In this document: piece by piece, positions 11,880-23,510 of the stretch
How the letters are laid out: every line of letters starts with the position of its first letter
Position numbering within the stretch: the first letter of the stretch is position 1
Source: Octopus sinensis
Taxonomy: Eukaryota
DNA length: 40,194 bases
NCBI RefSeq assembly: GCF_006345805.1
Contig: NW_021833696.1
Span: 1-40,194, forward strand
Direction: 5' to 3'
Translations under genes and position numbers: made by a program
The notes under the pieces: generated by a model
The model's database searches: none
Told to the model about the DNA's origin: nothing
Seen by the model: the letters and a program-made list of their open reading frames with translations, nothing else

Positions 11880-12400
11880 CTTGTCGAAAAAGTGCAGGAC
11901 GATTTCCAAGAAACAAGGCGATCAACGAAATTGTCAAGCGAGCCCTGGAGTCTGCAGGATACCCAGCCGCACTTGAACCGGTCGGGCTTGACCGAGGAGA
12001 TGGAAAACGTCCTGATGGGATCAAAATTTTCCCATTTGAAGAGGGGAAACCCCTAGTCTGGGACGCAACCTGTGTGGACACTCTCTGCCCGTCCAACATT
12101 GCTGGGAGCGCAGTGGACAGACTTTATGCCGCGGAAAAAGCGATGAGGGCAAAGGAGAGAAAATATGAAGCGCTGCGAGATCGATTCGTGTTCTGTCCGA
12201 TTGTGGTCGAGACAACTGGAGGAATAAGTGGGAAATCGCTTCGCTTCTTAAAGAAGCTTGGACGCTTAGCCACATTAAAAAGCCACGCCACACGTGAGAC
12301 CCGGTGGCTTCTCCAGTTGATCTCCGTTGCTATCGTGAGAGGCAACGCAACGTCAATTATGTTGGCGGGGTCCACTTCGGATAGATGGCTTTGTTAACTT
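11880..12400 (+). mobile_element. 5'-truncated CRE-clade element (RLE domain to stop)
   Basis: EPVGLDRGDGKRPDG..FPFEEGKPLVWDATCVDTL...KERKY...PIVVETTG...ISVAIVRGN. Confidence 0.9.
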
Positions 12401-12879
12401 CTAGTAAATAACAATTACATTTAAAGAAATGTGTCTATTAAAAAAACAATAGGCATTAAATAGATAGCAATACGCAGAGAAGCAGCAGCTAAAAAAGCGA
12501 AACGCAAATAAGAACCAGGCAACATCATGTGAAATTAAGCATAAAAAGTTTTAATTAATTACCTTGAGCTGAACTTTCTTGTCTTCAGCTTCGTTTGCCC
12601 TCCTTCGGTTATCTATCAATAAAATTAAAAGATTAGGAAAAGAGGCATACCGAAAATAAATTCTATTTTTACGAACAATTTAGAAGAAAGATAGAAGAAA
12701 AATATTTATTTAAATAAAGGCTGTTAGTAGAGGGTAGATAAAGACATTCAGGATTCCTGCCTTTTCAGTCCCGCACACAGGCTCGTCTCTTAGCCACAAG
12801 CTATAATCTGTTTATAAACACAATTATTTATTGAAAAAATCGAATAAAGTTTTTTTATAGTGTTTTTCTTAATTAATTT

Positions 12880-13740
12880 TTCTAAATTATCTGAGATGTC
12901 TTCAAATTTTTTACAGTATCTTTTGTTATATTTTGAGAAAAGATATTCGAACAAGAACTTGATTTAATAACAATTTGAATTGCATCAAATAAAGTGGCTA
13001 GGCTAATATCGTAACTCTCATCGACCTGGCCATCTTCAGCATTAAGTATGATATCTTCAACAGTGTATTCTTTTTTAAACAGTGTAATAATCATCAATGA
13101 CTTTTTCTGTTTGAGACATATGTTCTTCAATTATAATTTGGTCTAGCTCATTATTGTGTACCTCAATAATTGGATTTGGGGACAACTCTTCTTCAGCATA
13201 AGACTCATCAAGACCTTGAATAATTCAAACTTTTTTGAAACAATTACTTATAGTTTCTTGTTTCACACTTGCCCAAGCTTCGTGAAGTAACAATATTGCA
13301 TGTCTAAGATTAACATAAAAGTCTAATTATTGATTTATATAATAAACCACTAACTTTTTTCTGTAATGATGCTTTAGATTTTTTATTATTTCTGGATCCA
13401 TTGGTTGAAGATGAGCAGTTGAGTTCTTTGGAAGGTTTATAACTTCAATGTTTGGAAAATTGTTCTTAAAAATGTGACTTGGGGCGTTATCAAGAAGTAA
13501 ATAATTTTTTGTTATATTGCTTCAGTTCATCATCAAGTAGCTTTATCAAGCAATTAAACAAATAACTGGTCATCCAAGCTTTCGAATTTGCATAATAATG
13601 ACAGTTTTTTCCAACAAAGCGATTAGCAATAAAATTTTGCGCCGTGATTTGAATAGTATGATTGTTCTTAAGCTATTTAGGTTTCTTCTTTATTTCACCG
13701 TTTTATGTAAGGGAATGAATTTTTGGATTCTAATGTTAAT
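12880..13740 (-). mobile_element. pogo/Tigger-type DDE_1 transposase remnant
   Basis: Minus-strand translation: YYANSKAWMTS, LLDNAPSH, LPKNSTAHLQPMD.EII.NLKHHYRKKL, AWASVKQETIVNCFKK. Frameshifted. Confidence 0.8.
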
Positions 13741-13747
13741 TCTAGAG

Positions 13748-13800
13748 CTGGGGTGTCAAACATGCGGCCATTTGCATGTATAGATGCGCCCCGCGAGCCT
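13748..13800 (+). mobile_element. Solo hAT (Charlie/Buster-type) terminus
   Basis: CTGGGGTGTCAAACATGCGGCC...ATGCGCCCCGCGAG, preceded by TTCTAGAG (NTCTAGAN target preference of Charlie/Buster elements). No partner end was found. Confidence 0.5.
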
Positions 13801-13819
13801 TTAAAATATAATTTGTAGA

Positions 13820-14050
13820 AAATCGCTTCGCTTCTTAAAGAAACTTGGACGCCTAGCCACATTAAAAAGCCACGACACACATGAGACCCAGTGGCTTCTT
13901 CAGTTGATCTCTGTTGCTATCGTGAGAGGCAACGCAGCATGGATCTATGGAATTTAAAAATTCAACCATATATTCGCCAGAAGATAAATTGTATTTTTAC
14001 GTCAATAATGTTGGCGGGGTCCACTTCAGATGGATGGCTTTATTAACTTC
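13820..14050 (+). mobile_element. Second copy of the 3' end of the 11880-12400 CRE family, carrying a 62-bp insertion
   Basis: High identity to about 12233-12405 (aaatcgcttcgcttcttaaagaa...ttaacttctagt). The insertion is at 13937-13998. Confidence 0.85.
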
Positions 14051-14849
14051 TAGTTAATAATTCAATATTTTGTTTAATCAAACATTTGCTAGATTATAAA
14101 GGTGCTTCTCTTTGCTAGATTATAAAGGCGGAAAAAGCGACTAACAGCCACAATAGTCAATCTATTCCTTCTCTTCTAGATGGAAGTTGATGTTTCGTTC
14201 ATAAGCACAGAACCAGACAGCATTCTTGGTCACTAGATTTGAAATTGCTAAATTTAGCACAGACTTGCATATCCACCTAGAATGTATCAATAGACCTAGG
14301 AAATGACTTAGTCGCTTTTTGACGCAATTATGAACATTTTGACAAGACTTAATTTATTTGGTCTGACAGAGTCAATTTCTTAAAAAATTTTAATTAATCT
14401 CAACTATTATCTGTGCTCGGCCATTTAGGTTGGATTTATTCCAAGTCAGAACTTCATTTCCTTCATTCAAAAAACAGTTCAGAACTACCATGTTCTCAAC
14501 GACGAAAACAATCTGTGCTCCTAATTACTTTTTCTTATTCCCAATTTTTTGATAAATTTGACCAAATCTTTACTACGGTCAGTTTAACCACTGAAAAAAT
14601 GGCATCACTAAAAAATGGTCTTCAGATGTTTGTGAAAAACACTGAGTAAATTGATCTAAAAAATCCATTTCAGTACATTGAAGGACTTTTGTCGAATAAA
14701 TTAATTACTGGTATATTATGTGACATGGGCATGGATCTAAGGAATTTAAAAATTCAACCATATATTCGCCAGAAGATAAATTGTATTTTTACGACAAACT
14801 TAAATAAATAGTTAATATTTCTACGAAAATTCTTCTAATTTCGCTTTCA

Positions 14850-15290
14850 ATTAATAGTCAACTGAGAAGCTCCGGACGCCTCCCTCGGCATACTGCCCTG
14901 AACATATAGTCAAGCGGACTCTCGAAACTGCCGGATTCCCATCACAGTTGGAACCGGTCGGCTTGGTTCGGGAGGATGGTAAACTTCCTGATCGCCCTAA
15001 CAACTTTCCCTTCGAAAATCGCAAGTCTCTCATCTGGAACGCAACTTTTACGGACACCTTCTCCGCCGGAAACATCTTTACGTCAGCCGCAGAGCCGGGC
15101 TCCGCAACTAACCTAGCAAAAACGCTAAAAGTCAAGAAATACAGTGCATTATCACACCATCGGGAGTTCTCAGTTCCAGAACTAAAAAATTCCTTATTAA
15201 ATTGGGAGACCTGGCAAGCAGAAGGAGAAACGATCATTGAGAACCGACATGGCTTTTCCAACGCACATCAATAGCCATCTCGAGTGGGGA
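14850..15290 (+). mobile_element. Degenerate CRE-clade RLE fragment
   Basis: GRLPRHTALN..KRTLETAGFPSQLEPVGLVREDGKLPD..FPFENRKSLIWNATFTDTF..KVKKY. Confidence 0.8.
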
Positions 15291-15545
15291 TTGCCATTCC
15301 ATCTTATCTGCTGGTAATTAAATATGTGCATAAGAATCCACATGTATTCCGTCACGCCTAGAATTTGTATTTTGACAACGCGATATTAAAATTGTTTTTA
15401 TGATTGTGCTAATTTGCTGTTGAAGTGCTTTTCAAAATATGTTAATTGCAGATTCTATTCAAGGTCGTTTTTTATTTAACCCAAAATCACCAACAGTTAA
15501 TTAAATAAATTAATTAGGTGATCCCGAAAACCCAAAGGAAGTTCC

Positions 15546-15990
15546 TCAGCTTTTCTTTTTGTTGGACTTTTGAGCCAACAAACTTTCTGACTGAGTGTAG
15601 AGCTGTTTTCCTGAGGTACTCTTCCGACGTGATGTGCTTTCCTCTTCTAGCTTGTGTGATTCTAGAAACACATCTGAAACGACGAGGGGAGATGAAACCT
15701 CTGCCATCCTAGGGGGTTCAAGAAATCCTAGGATAAATTGAATTTCGTTATCACGAATAATTGGTAGCACATCATTGTTAATATTCTTGCTGCCATTTTT
15801 TAACATGTTCAAAATAATTCCTAAATTTTTTGTCTGAAAAGTTTGAAAGGCCTCATCATGCGAGTCCAGGACATTTGTGTTGTTTATTTTAACTAAAATG
15901 CAGAAACTATTTTGTTGATTTGTAGACAGGAAAGGTTGCGAGAACTGCTGAGGGAAGCTGGGATCACCCGAATTTTGTTAATTTTGGCTA
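15546..15990 (-). CDS. Possible exon(s) of an unidentified host gene downstream of COASY
   Basis: The frame is stop-free for about 150 codons, extending upstream of the listed TTG start. ILVKINNTNVLDSHDEAF weakly resembles a PDZ C-terminal half. No full gene model was obtained. Confidence 0.3.
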
Positions 15991-16358
15991 TGAAAGTGGT
16001 TTTCTGGTTCAATAAATAAGGGGAAAGGATTTTCACAACTTATCTGTATTTTGCTAATTTGAAGTTGTTGTGCACACAAACAGACACCCACCATATTATT
16101 TTTTTAAGATATGACAAATTGTGTGTATAGGATAGTTACTTTATTTATTTTTGGAATGATTTATTATCGAATCTATCATTGCATTAATAAAAACTGACTG
16201 AGCAAATTATTCATCGCCTTCTCAAAATCCCATAACATACGGCTGAATCACTTGATCAATATATGTTTCTCACGCCCTCAGTTGTCTTGGTACGAATAAT
16301 AAAAATCCAAAAGTAAGTCAAAATTATATATTTGTATCAGCAATTATATGTTAAAATA

Positions 16359-17943
16359 TTAGTGAAATGTGCTTGCAAGACGTTTCCACGTTTTATCAAT
16401 CTACAATAATGACGGTTACCAATGCCTGTTTGTTTGTAAAATCGTGCTCCCATTTTGAACAGAAAACCACATTCGCCATGCTCACAAACTCTTTGTCACT
16501 CAATTGTACTTTTAAACGACTCCAAGCCTCTTGTTTATCCAATCCACTGCGCTCACACAACCGCACACAGGCCTACGACTGACTTTGATAACTCATGCCA
16601 CGTCTCTGTCTAACACTGCAGCCCATATCTCGTCGACCATTAAATAAAATCCCGACTCAATTAGCACAGCTCCGTCAAAAATGATGATTGAATGACCTTG
16701 CATGTGCAACGTTTTTGCTATTTGTAGAGACAATTCTCTGGCGGGCGGATGAACTATTGCGTTTAATCGATTCAGCATTTCTCTGTCGCTGAAAACTATT
16801 TTCCCAAGTTTTGTCCTGTCGATTGTTTTATCGGGGGCCACAATTCCCTCTCCGAACGCGTCAATTACCTGAGAATACACTTTTGTTCCCGGCAAGTAGC
16901 ATTGATGGGCTATCCAATGTTTTAATGAATTAACCTATTTTATCCAACTCGATATATCCTGCGCCCAGTTTATGAAACTGCCTTCCAATTGAACTTTTCC
17001 CACTGCAAGAGCAGCCCACCAATCCCACCAAATAAGGTTTTGATTCGGTAAACGTTTCCACTGGAGTCTGTTTCATTTAAATTCACTATATAAACCCTCG
17101 GAGGCCGCAATAATGTCCCAAGTAGTCCCCGTCGAAGCATAGTCGAGCTCACTTTCTCTCCTTTTTGTGTGTTAATCAATTTGACTGTGTGAAGTTTAGT
17201 ATTCAATTGACCGGTCAATTTGACAGTCTCCTCAGTGACCACCAGACAATCGACTTGTCCTTCAGTAACCTCTGGCCCATATTGACTGTTTAGCTGAGTT
17301 ACACACACTTCCAGATGTGGCATAATAAGCTGACAGAAAGTGAGAACAGACCGAGCCCTCACATCGTAGGCCTCCACTAGGCAACTCAAATCTTTCGAGA
17401 CCACCATTTCGTCGCTGGTGACTCCAACTATCAACTTGGTTTTTGCAATGAAACAGGATTCGGTCAAAAGCAGTTTGTGTCCGTTGTGAAGGCGGTCAAA
17501 GGTCCCCCCCACAGCCACGGTCGAGTAGTGGCATGTCAACTCCCTATTGGGAACGTCGAGGAGGCTGTGTCTTATGTAATTTCTGATTATTGGGTGGGGG
17601 ATTGAACTGTCGGACACGACATGAAAGGAGGGGGACTCCACAGACTGGTTGTACCGGTAAGGTTTGCTGGAAAGGAGATTTTCCAATAAAAATAGCACTG
17701 AATATTCGGCAAATTGTGCTCAATGGTTTGATAGGCATCGCGTAACATGTTCGATATGTCATTGGTAGAGACTTTCGGACAAATATAGTCAATGTTCAAA
17801 TTTACGCCGAAATTTGGTGCTAAACAAAAGAAGATGTCATTCGATTTTGAATTTGCTATGTTTTGGGCGAGTCTAGCAAGAAGAGTGCTGACTTGGGTCG
17901 GAGAGCAGGTCATAAAAACAAATACTCTATTTAGATAGGACAT
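16359..17943 (-). CDS. COASY: Bifunctional CoA synthase (phosphopantetheine adenylyltransferase + dephospho-CoA kinase), complete copy B
   Basis: PPAT motif GGTFDRLHNGHK. After splicing, the kinase Walker A reads PYLVGLVGCSCSGKSS, followed by IDRTKLGKIVF, LNAIVHP, DGAVLIESG..VDEIW and ANVVFCSKWE. Introns: 17667-17698 (32 nt, inferred), 17068-17095 (28), 16910-16934 (25), 16573-16598 (26, GC-AG) and 16401-16425 (25, GC-AG). Stop TAA at 16359-16361. Confidence 0.93.
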
Positions 17944-18006
17944 TCACCAGGACCGACTAGAATATAAAATTTTATTTAAAACCGATTAATTAAATAGCCT
18001 AATAAA
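17944..18006. promoter_or_regulatory. Putative bidirectional promoter region, copy B
   Basis: Identical to 921-983. Confidence 0.55.
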
Positions 18007-19367
18007 ATGTTATTAACGGCGGATGTGTGACTCTAAAAGTGCTTCATACACTAGTTTTATATTAGCAGACGAAGCAGAAAAAGAATGTGGAATAAAAAAA
18101 GAAATAATTATTGAGAGGTAAATTTAATAATATATGTGAGCCTCCCCGTTGTCTTGGCCAAATCCCGTAATGAAGACTACGAGACAAACAATCTTCTGGC
18201 CAATACGGAATCAATTTCTAGTGACGTCTCTATGGATAAACCAGTCAGTTGCAGTACAACATGACAGATGTGCTCTATTTATCTGACAACGACCATACGC
18301 CCGCCTTTATACGTCCCTCGGCATTCAAGGACACAACAAACTAAAAAACCAAAGATCAGCAGAAGGCCTTTTTTCATGCGAGAACAAACCTCCAAGTTTG
18401 GTCGCCGAGTCAAAATCTCCGAACGAATCCTTGGCTATCCTTTCACGAGACAGTCCTCCAGGCAGAACACAATCGACTCCCCCGACAGGACTGACAATGT
18501 GAAGCTTTCGGGCTGTGATGATTTGAGGTTCCCATTCCGTGATATTCCAGTGAAGGGGCTAATACGGAGGATTGCGGGTCTTGTGAATCGAGTTCAAGTG
18601 AGGAGTCTGTTAGTGCTATTCCGTTGCCCTTTCAATGGATTGTTGTGTGTGGTAGGATTATTGCAGCTATTTTCAGATGGGCAGGTGAAGAAGTCATACG
18701 TCGACAGAGTAGTTGTGTTTTTTTAAGTCCAGAACAAATTGAGAACAGACTATTTTGTACAAAGATGTAGTCACTTTACACTTCCCGACGGTGCCTATAA
18801 TCCGTTTATGGTTTTTTCTGTTGCCTATTGGTAGAAAATGGCTTCCTACCAGAAGTCACGGAAAAAACCGAAAAGAGTTTCCATCTGCGTGGATTCCCCG
18901 ATTCCCTCTGAAATCAGCGAATCGGACGAAAAACAGTCCGACCGAGCTTCCCCGACTGAAGTGGAACGTCCAAAGGAGGAGGAGCCTCCCAGTCCGATCC
19001 CAGAACCTCAGAAGCGAGGTAGGAAGAGGAAGAGTCTTATTCCTCCCGAATTTAGTGCCAGGGGAAGGGGTCGTAGCATAAGAAAATATGGAGAAGTGAG
19101 ACGTAAGTTTGTCAAATTCTATTGGTAGAGGTTTTGTGTTTTGATCGTTGTAGTGGTGATAGAAATCAAAATCCATTTCCCCGGCTCCCAAGGGCAGAGG
19201 TTTATTGTTGCCTTATTTGTAGGTCGTCCTCCTAAACAGATGAGAGGCGGGAAACCGTATTTCTTGATTTTTGTTATTTTAGATCTACGCTGGTCCCTCC
19301 GCGAAGAATTGGTTATTCATTTATGCTTAGTTCAATAGGTAGAGGACGTCCAAAGTCCTCAAATTGA
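18007..19367 (+). CDS. AT-hook protein, copy B
   Basis: Identical to 984-2344 at offset 17023. Confidence 0.7.
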
Positions 19368-20327
19368 GTCTTATATTCTCTTTTGTTCAATTTACTCATT
19401 AACTTTTGCTATTAGATTTGTAGAAGTTTGAAATTTGTATTGGCAATTTTACTATTCAATTATTTGCCAGCAACGATAAACAAGTATTTCAAAAATTTAC
19501 TGAAAAATATCAATCACAGTTATTTGTTGAGGAAAATATGTTTCAAAAGGCTTTTAAAAAATTTTAGTAAAAATTATGGGGAAATTTCATAACAACCTCA
19601 TATGCGTATCGTGAAATTCGAGGTTTGGAGGAAGGAGTATCAATAGTTTATCCGAGGAGAGCGATTTATTAACCTTGGGATTAACAGCTTGAATGGAAAA
19701 GTATATAGTGGGCAATTCTATTATTATTTATTATCAATTGCACATCCGCAACAAGAAAGTTAGTCTTCTCGTCACTTGTTGTTGTCACCTTCTCGCGGTG
19801 GCAGATGCTAGTTTTATACTACAAAAAGACCCACAACTACTCCCCTGTCGGATCGGATCGATTCCGCGACGTCGGTAGCATCAGAGCAGGCTCGAAGTCG
19901 TTGCTCCAAAGGACCTCTCGTCGCTTGTGTCACACCCCGTAAGATTGTCCCCAATCAGTAGATAGTCAATTCCATAGTTCTATTCTCATCAAATCACAGC
20001 TTGCCATCGTCCTGGGCAAATGATCCGGATCGTAGTCACATTTGAGGATTAGTTCGCAGAGAATTATTGAAGTGTCAAATTTTAGTAAAAATTATGGGGA
20101 AATTTCATAACAACCTCATATGCGTATCGTGAAATTCGAGGTTTGGAGGAAGGAGTATCAATAGTTTATCCGAGGAGAGCGATTTATTAACCTTGGGATT
20201 AACAGCTCGGATAGAAAGTATATAGTGGGCAATTCTATTAGCAGAGGAGTAAGGAATTCTATTATTATTTATTATTAATTGCACAGCTGCAACAACATGA
20301 AAGTTAGTCTTCTCGTCCCTTGTGCCA

Positions 20328-20930
20328 CTTATGACTTTCAATGTCAGAGTTGACTGATGACCTAACCCATTATGGAGTTTCAGTAGCTTATGTTTAAGAA
20401 ACTAAACTGAACAAGGATTTTGATGAGATTATTTGATCATATAGGATTATCATACCAAAACCGGAATGTAGACACTATGGACATGGATTTGCAATCAATA
20501 AACGCTATGAAAACTCAATTCACAAATGCTTGAGAATCAATGACAGGATGTCAATCTTAGAACTAATGCTGGGAAGAAAACTTATGACGATTGTATAAAA
20601 TGTACCGAAGAAGTTGAAAATTTTTACTCGAATCTCGTCGTGGCTGTGGATGATATACGTGCCTCTCCTCTCATTTTCCTTGCAGATGACTGGTGGGAAC
20701 CCGCCGTACAGATGAAAACTTTATTGGAATACTTAGTAGAGGAGTAAGGAACTCGAATGGCGCAGTCTTGGCAGACTTCTGCAATCATTTAATCTTTTTT
20801 TGTGCAACACGGCATTAAACATCCGCAAGACATGTATAACCACGTAAGTGGGGCAAATAAAGAATCAGAATGGAGAGATTGTATCTATTTACAATCAAAT
20901 TGATTACATCATCAATTTGACGCACAAGTG
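20328..20930 (+). mobile_element. RTE-like APE fragment, copy B (more degraded)
   Basis: Homologous to 2965-3610. It has a ~31-bp deletion and new stops (CAA>TAA at 20395, GGA>TGA at 20434). Confidence 0.8.
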
Positions 20931-22500
20931 TCAGAGCATATCGCGTCCCAGACGATCGCTTTACCAAACGTGTACGGGAAGAGCGAGACGCCGTCTGGCC
21001 TCTTACCATCTTCCCTGATAAGACCAGAGGGCCCCAGGTGGCACGGGATGCCGGTTGTCTCAAACAGACGTTGAACGATTCTATTAAGCTCCACGTGCCT
21101 GATGATTCTCCTAGAGCTTTTATGACAAGAGTGGGGATGTAGACCTTTAGGCCCCGCAGCAGCATTGGTGAGGCTGGCAAGTGTCAAAGTCGAGTCAAAG
21201 AGATATTCCGATTTCTAAGCACTCTGGGTCTAGTACGGTTCTAACTGCAGAGGAAGAATAGGCGTCAATCCAATCGTCAGTCTTTAGAGATGCTCCAGAC
21301 AACAGGCAAGCACGCCGGTGTTTATCTCCGTGAGACAATAAGCTCCAGTAAGATTGAAACCTGCTGGTCTCCGTTCACTCGCGGATTTGGCATAGGTCTT
21401 TAAAAGTTTTGAGTCCGCTAGCTGTCCACAGAGATGTTCCGTATGAAAGCTCTTTGTTCTTGAGCGATTCAGGGGGAAGAGGAAGGATCTGAACTAGGAA
21501 TCTGAAACCCCCGTTCCTAATATGCAGGATACCCTGTTTGCAGCCCATTTCGTCAAAATGTACGTTGAAAATATATTCGAGCAACGAATTGAATTCTCTA
21601 ATTTCGTCCGGAATCGGAAACAGGATGAAGTACGGAGTGCGTTCTCAAAGAGGAAATGCAAGAAAGTTCTTCAGTAGAAAGAAGTTGGGTGGGCGTCGAT
21701 GTATTTAAGAGTGCTGAATGATTTTTTTATATTGCAAAGTTTAGCGTAGAGGAAAGATGGCATTTCGGACGAAAAAGAAACGTGCCGAGAAGAGTAAGAT
21801 CTCCTGGCAAGACTGTCGTATGGCTGGGAGATAATGGTCAAACAAGGGACGGCTTTCCCAATTATAAAGTCATGGTCGTATCCAATGTTGAAAATCTCTG
21901 ATTTTTGTGAATTCACCCCAAGGCCTATGGAAGCAAGAATCGGGCCTAGTTTGTTCAGGTCATTTACAACACTATCGGCCGGGCCAGCTATGGAGGCATC
22001 GATGAGGTGCCAGACATCCAACTCAGAAGTCCACGAGCGGCCAGCAAAACAAGGAGAGGTCCGAGCTTTGAAGCCAGGTGGCGGAAAACGTTCCCGACAA
22101 CGATTGGACGTACAATCCTCTTTTTTGAAAACAAGAAGCAGATAGGCGGAGAAAATGAGTCCACAAGCAAAAACGGATAAGTCTGAAGACGCAAGGTTGT
22201 TAACTAGATTCGTGATCAAGGTAAGGAGCATGAGCCTGTTGGGGCGATCACGGGGAATGAGGTTGTAAAGGTGACGTGGGCGGAGGCTCTCAATGCCTGC
22301 ACTACTGCCTGGTCAGAAAGATTTGAGTGCGCGACAGATCGCATCGCTTGTGAGTTTAAGAGGGGAAGGTGTGGATTCTATGGATGGAAACGACCTGAGG
22401 TTCGCAGGTGTAAATTACGTTTTCTGTCGATGGGCGTACGCCGCAATTGGAAACCAAAACTCTCATGGCTACTCTGGTGTCACCCTCGATCAGTTTTGAC
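20930..22500 (-). mobile_element. CRE-clade remnant, copy B
   Basis: Homologous to 3600-5165, with the same RT and RLE motifs and extra single-base indels. Confidence 0.85.
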
Positions 22501-22743
22501 ATGATAATTATTTCATCCACAAATGTCACAAATTTTCTAATATCTACTTTCTAAAACGAATTCTATTAGTTTCAAATAAAATTGTGCTCGATTTTTCACG
22601 GGAGGATGTGTGGAAGTCGTCTCAAAACTGTTGACTGAATTGAGACCCCTGATTGTAGCTTGTATTACTGGCACATGAATATAACGAGATTTGCGGAAAA
22701 GAATATAATTAAAAGTATTTCCCCTCGATCTTAGTTACAGAAA

Positions 22744-22903
22744 TTATGCAATTTGGGGAGGTCCCTAGATGTGAGGATATGGTGTTATTAAAATTATGTA
22801 ATAAATTGCGTAATATATTATGTAATATATTACCTAATTTTGGAAATTCCGTTGATGTGAGTATTTTGAGTACTTGAGATTATGTAATAACTTACGACAA
22901 AAA
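22744..22903 (-). repeat. Orphan inverted fragment of the 86-bp satellite
   Basis: Reverse complement reads ttttgtcgtaagttattacataatctcaagtactcaaaatactcacatcaacggaatttccaaaattaggtaat... (end of monomer D plus monomer E), then a diverged monomer ccatatcctcacatctagggacctccccaaattgcataat. Confidence 0.9.
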
Positions 22904-22904
22904 C

Positions 22905-23510
22905 ATCAGGCGGACCGCCCAGGTGCTATCGTCGAGATAACAAAGATTAAGGGGTGATTCATTAACCCGGGCAATGGCATCCTCGGCAAGAGCGAACAGT
23001 AATGGGACCAAAGGATCACCCTGTTGGACGCCACAAGACAAAGAAATGAAAGAACCACCGGCGATTAAAAGTGATGGAAGCGAGTACGAAAGCGACATAA
23101 AGGGAAGCAAATGTGGAACACGGTCTTGACAGACCTTCAACAAATGTCGACTGTCCAGAGAATTGAAAGCATTAGTTACATCCAGTTTCTATAGGAATAA
23201 TGGAACGAGAAGAAGCGTGAATAAAACAACGACAGGCATGGTCACAAGACTCGCAGCCACTAGGAATACTCACACCCAACTGAATGGGCTGCAGTTGCTC
23301 GCCAAAAGAAGGGATAACAGATTGGCAACAGACTTTCGCAAATAAACGACGAAAGACATTTCCAACAGCAATAGGCTTGATACCGCTATCTTTCTTGCCC
23401 AAGGCTGAAAAATTCGCGGAAATGAACAGAATTCTAGCATGGTCAGAAATTTTGCCGCTTAAGAATAAATTGCACAAGTTAGTGCAAGCATTCAAGAGGC
23501 GATTTCCGGT
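22905..23510 (-). mobile_element. CRE-clade reverse transcriptase core fragment
   Basis: GIKPIAVGNVFRRLFAK, QLGVSIPSGCE, NAFNS, GVQQGDPLVPLLF, CYLDDST. Confidence 0.9.

Larger units (their letters stand above)
17024..22534. repeat. Segmental duplication copy B
   Basis: Pairs with 1-5197. Contains an extra internal duplication (19563-19780 repeated at about 20080-20330) and indels. Confidence 0.95.

Noticed and set aside
17587-17698. Programmed frameshift or pseudogenisation between the COASY N-terminal ORF and the PPAT ORF
   Set aside because: A 32-nt GT-AG intron with a pyrimidine tract (17667-17698) joins the frames, and a 35-nt alternative also works. Splicing is the simpler explanation.
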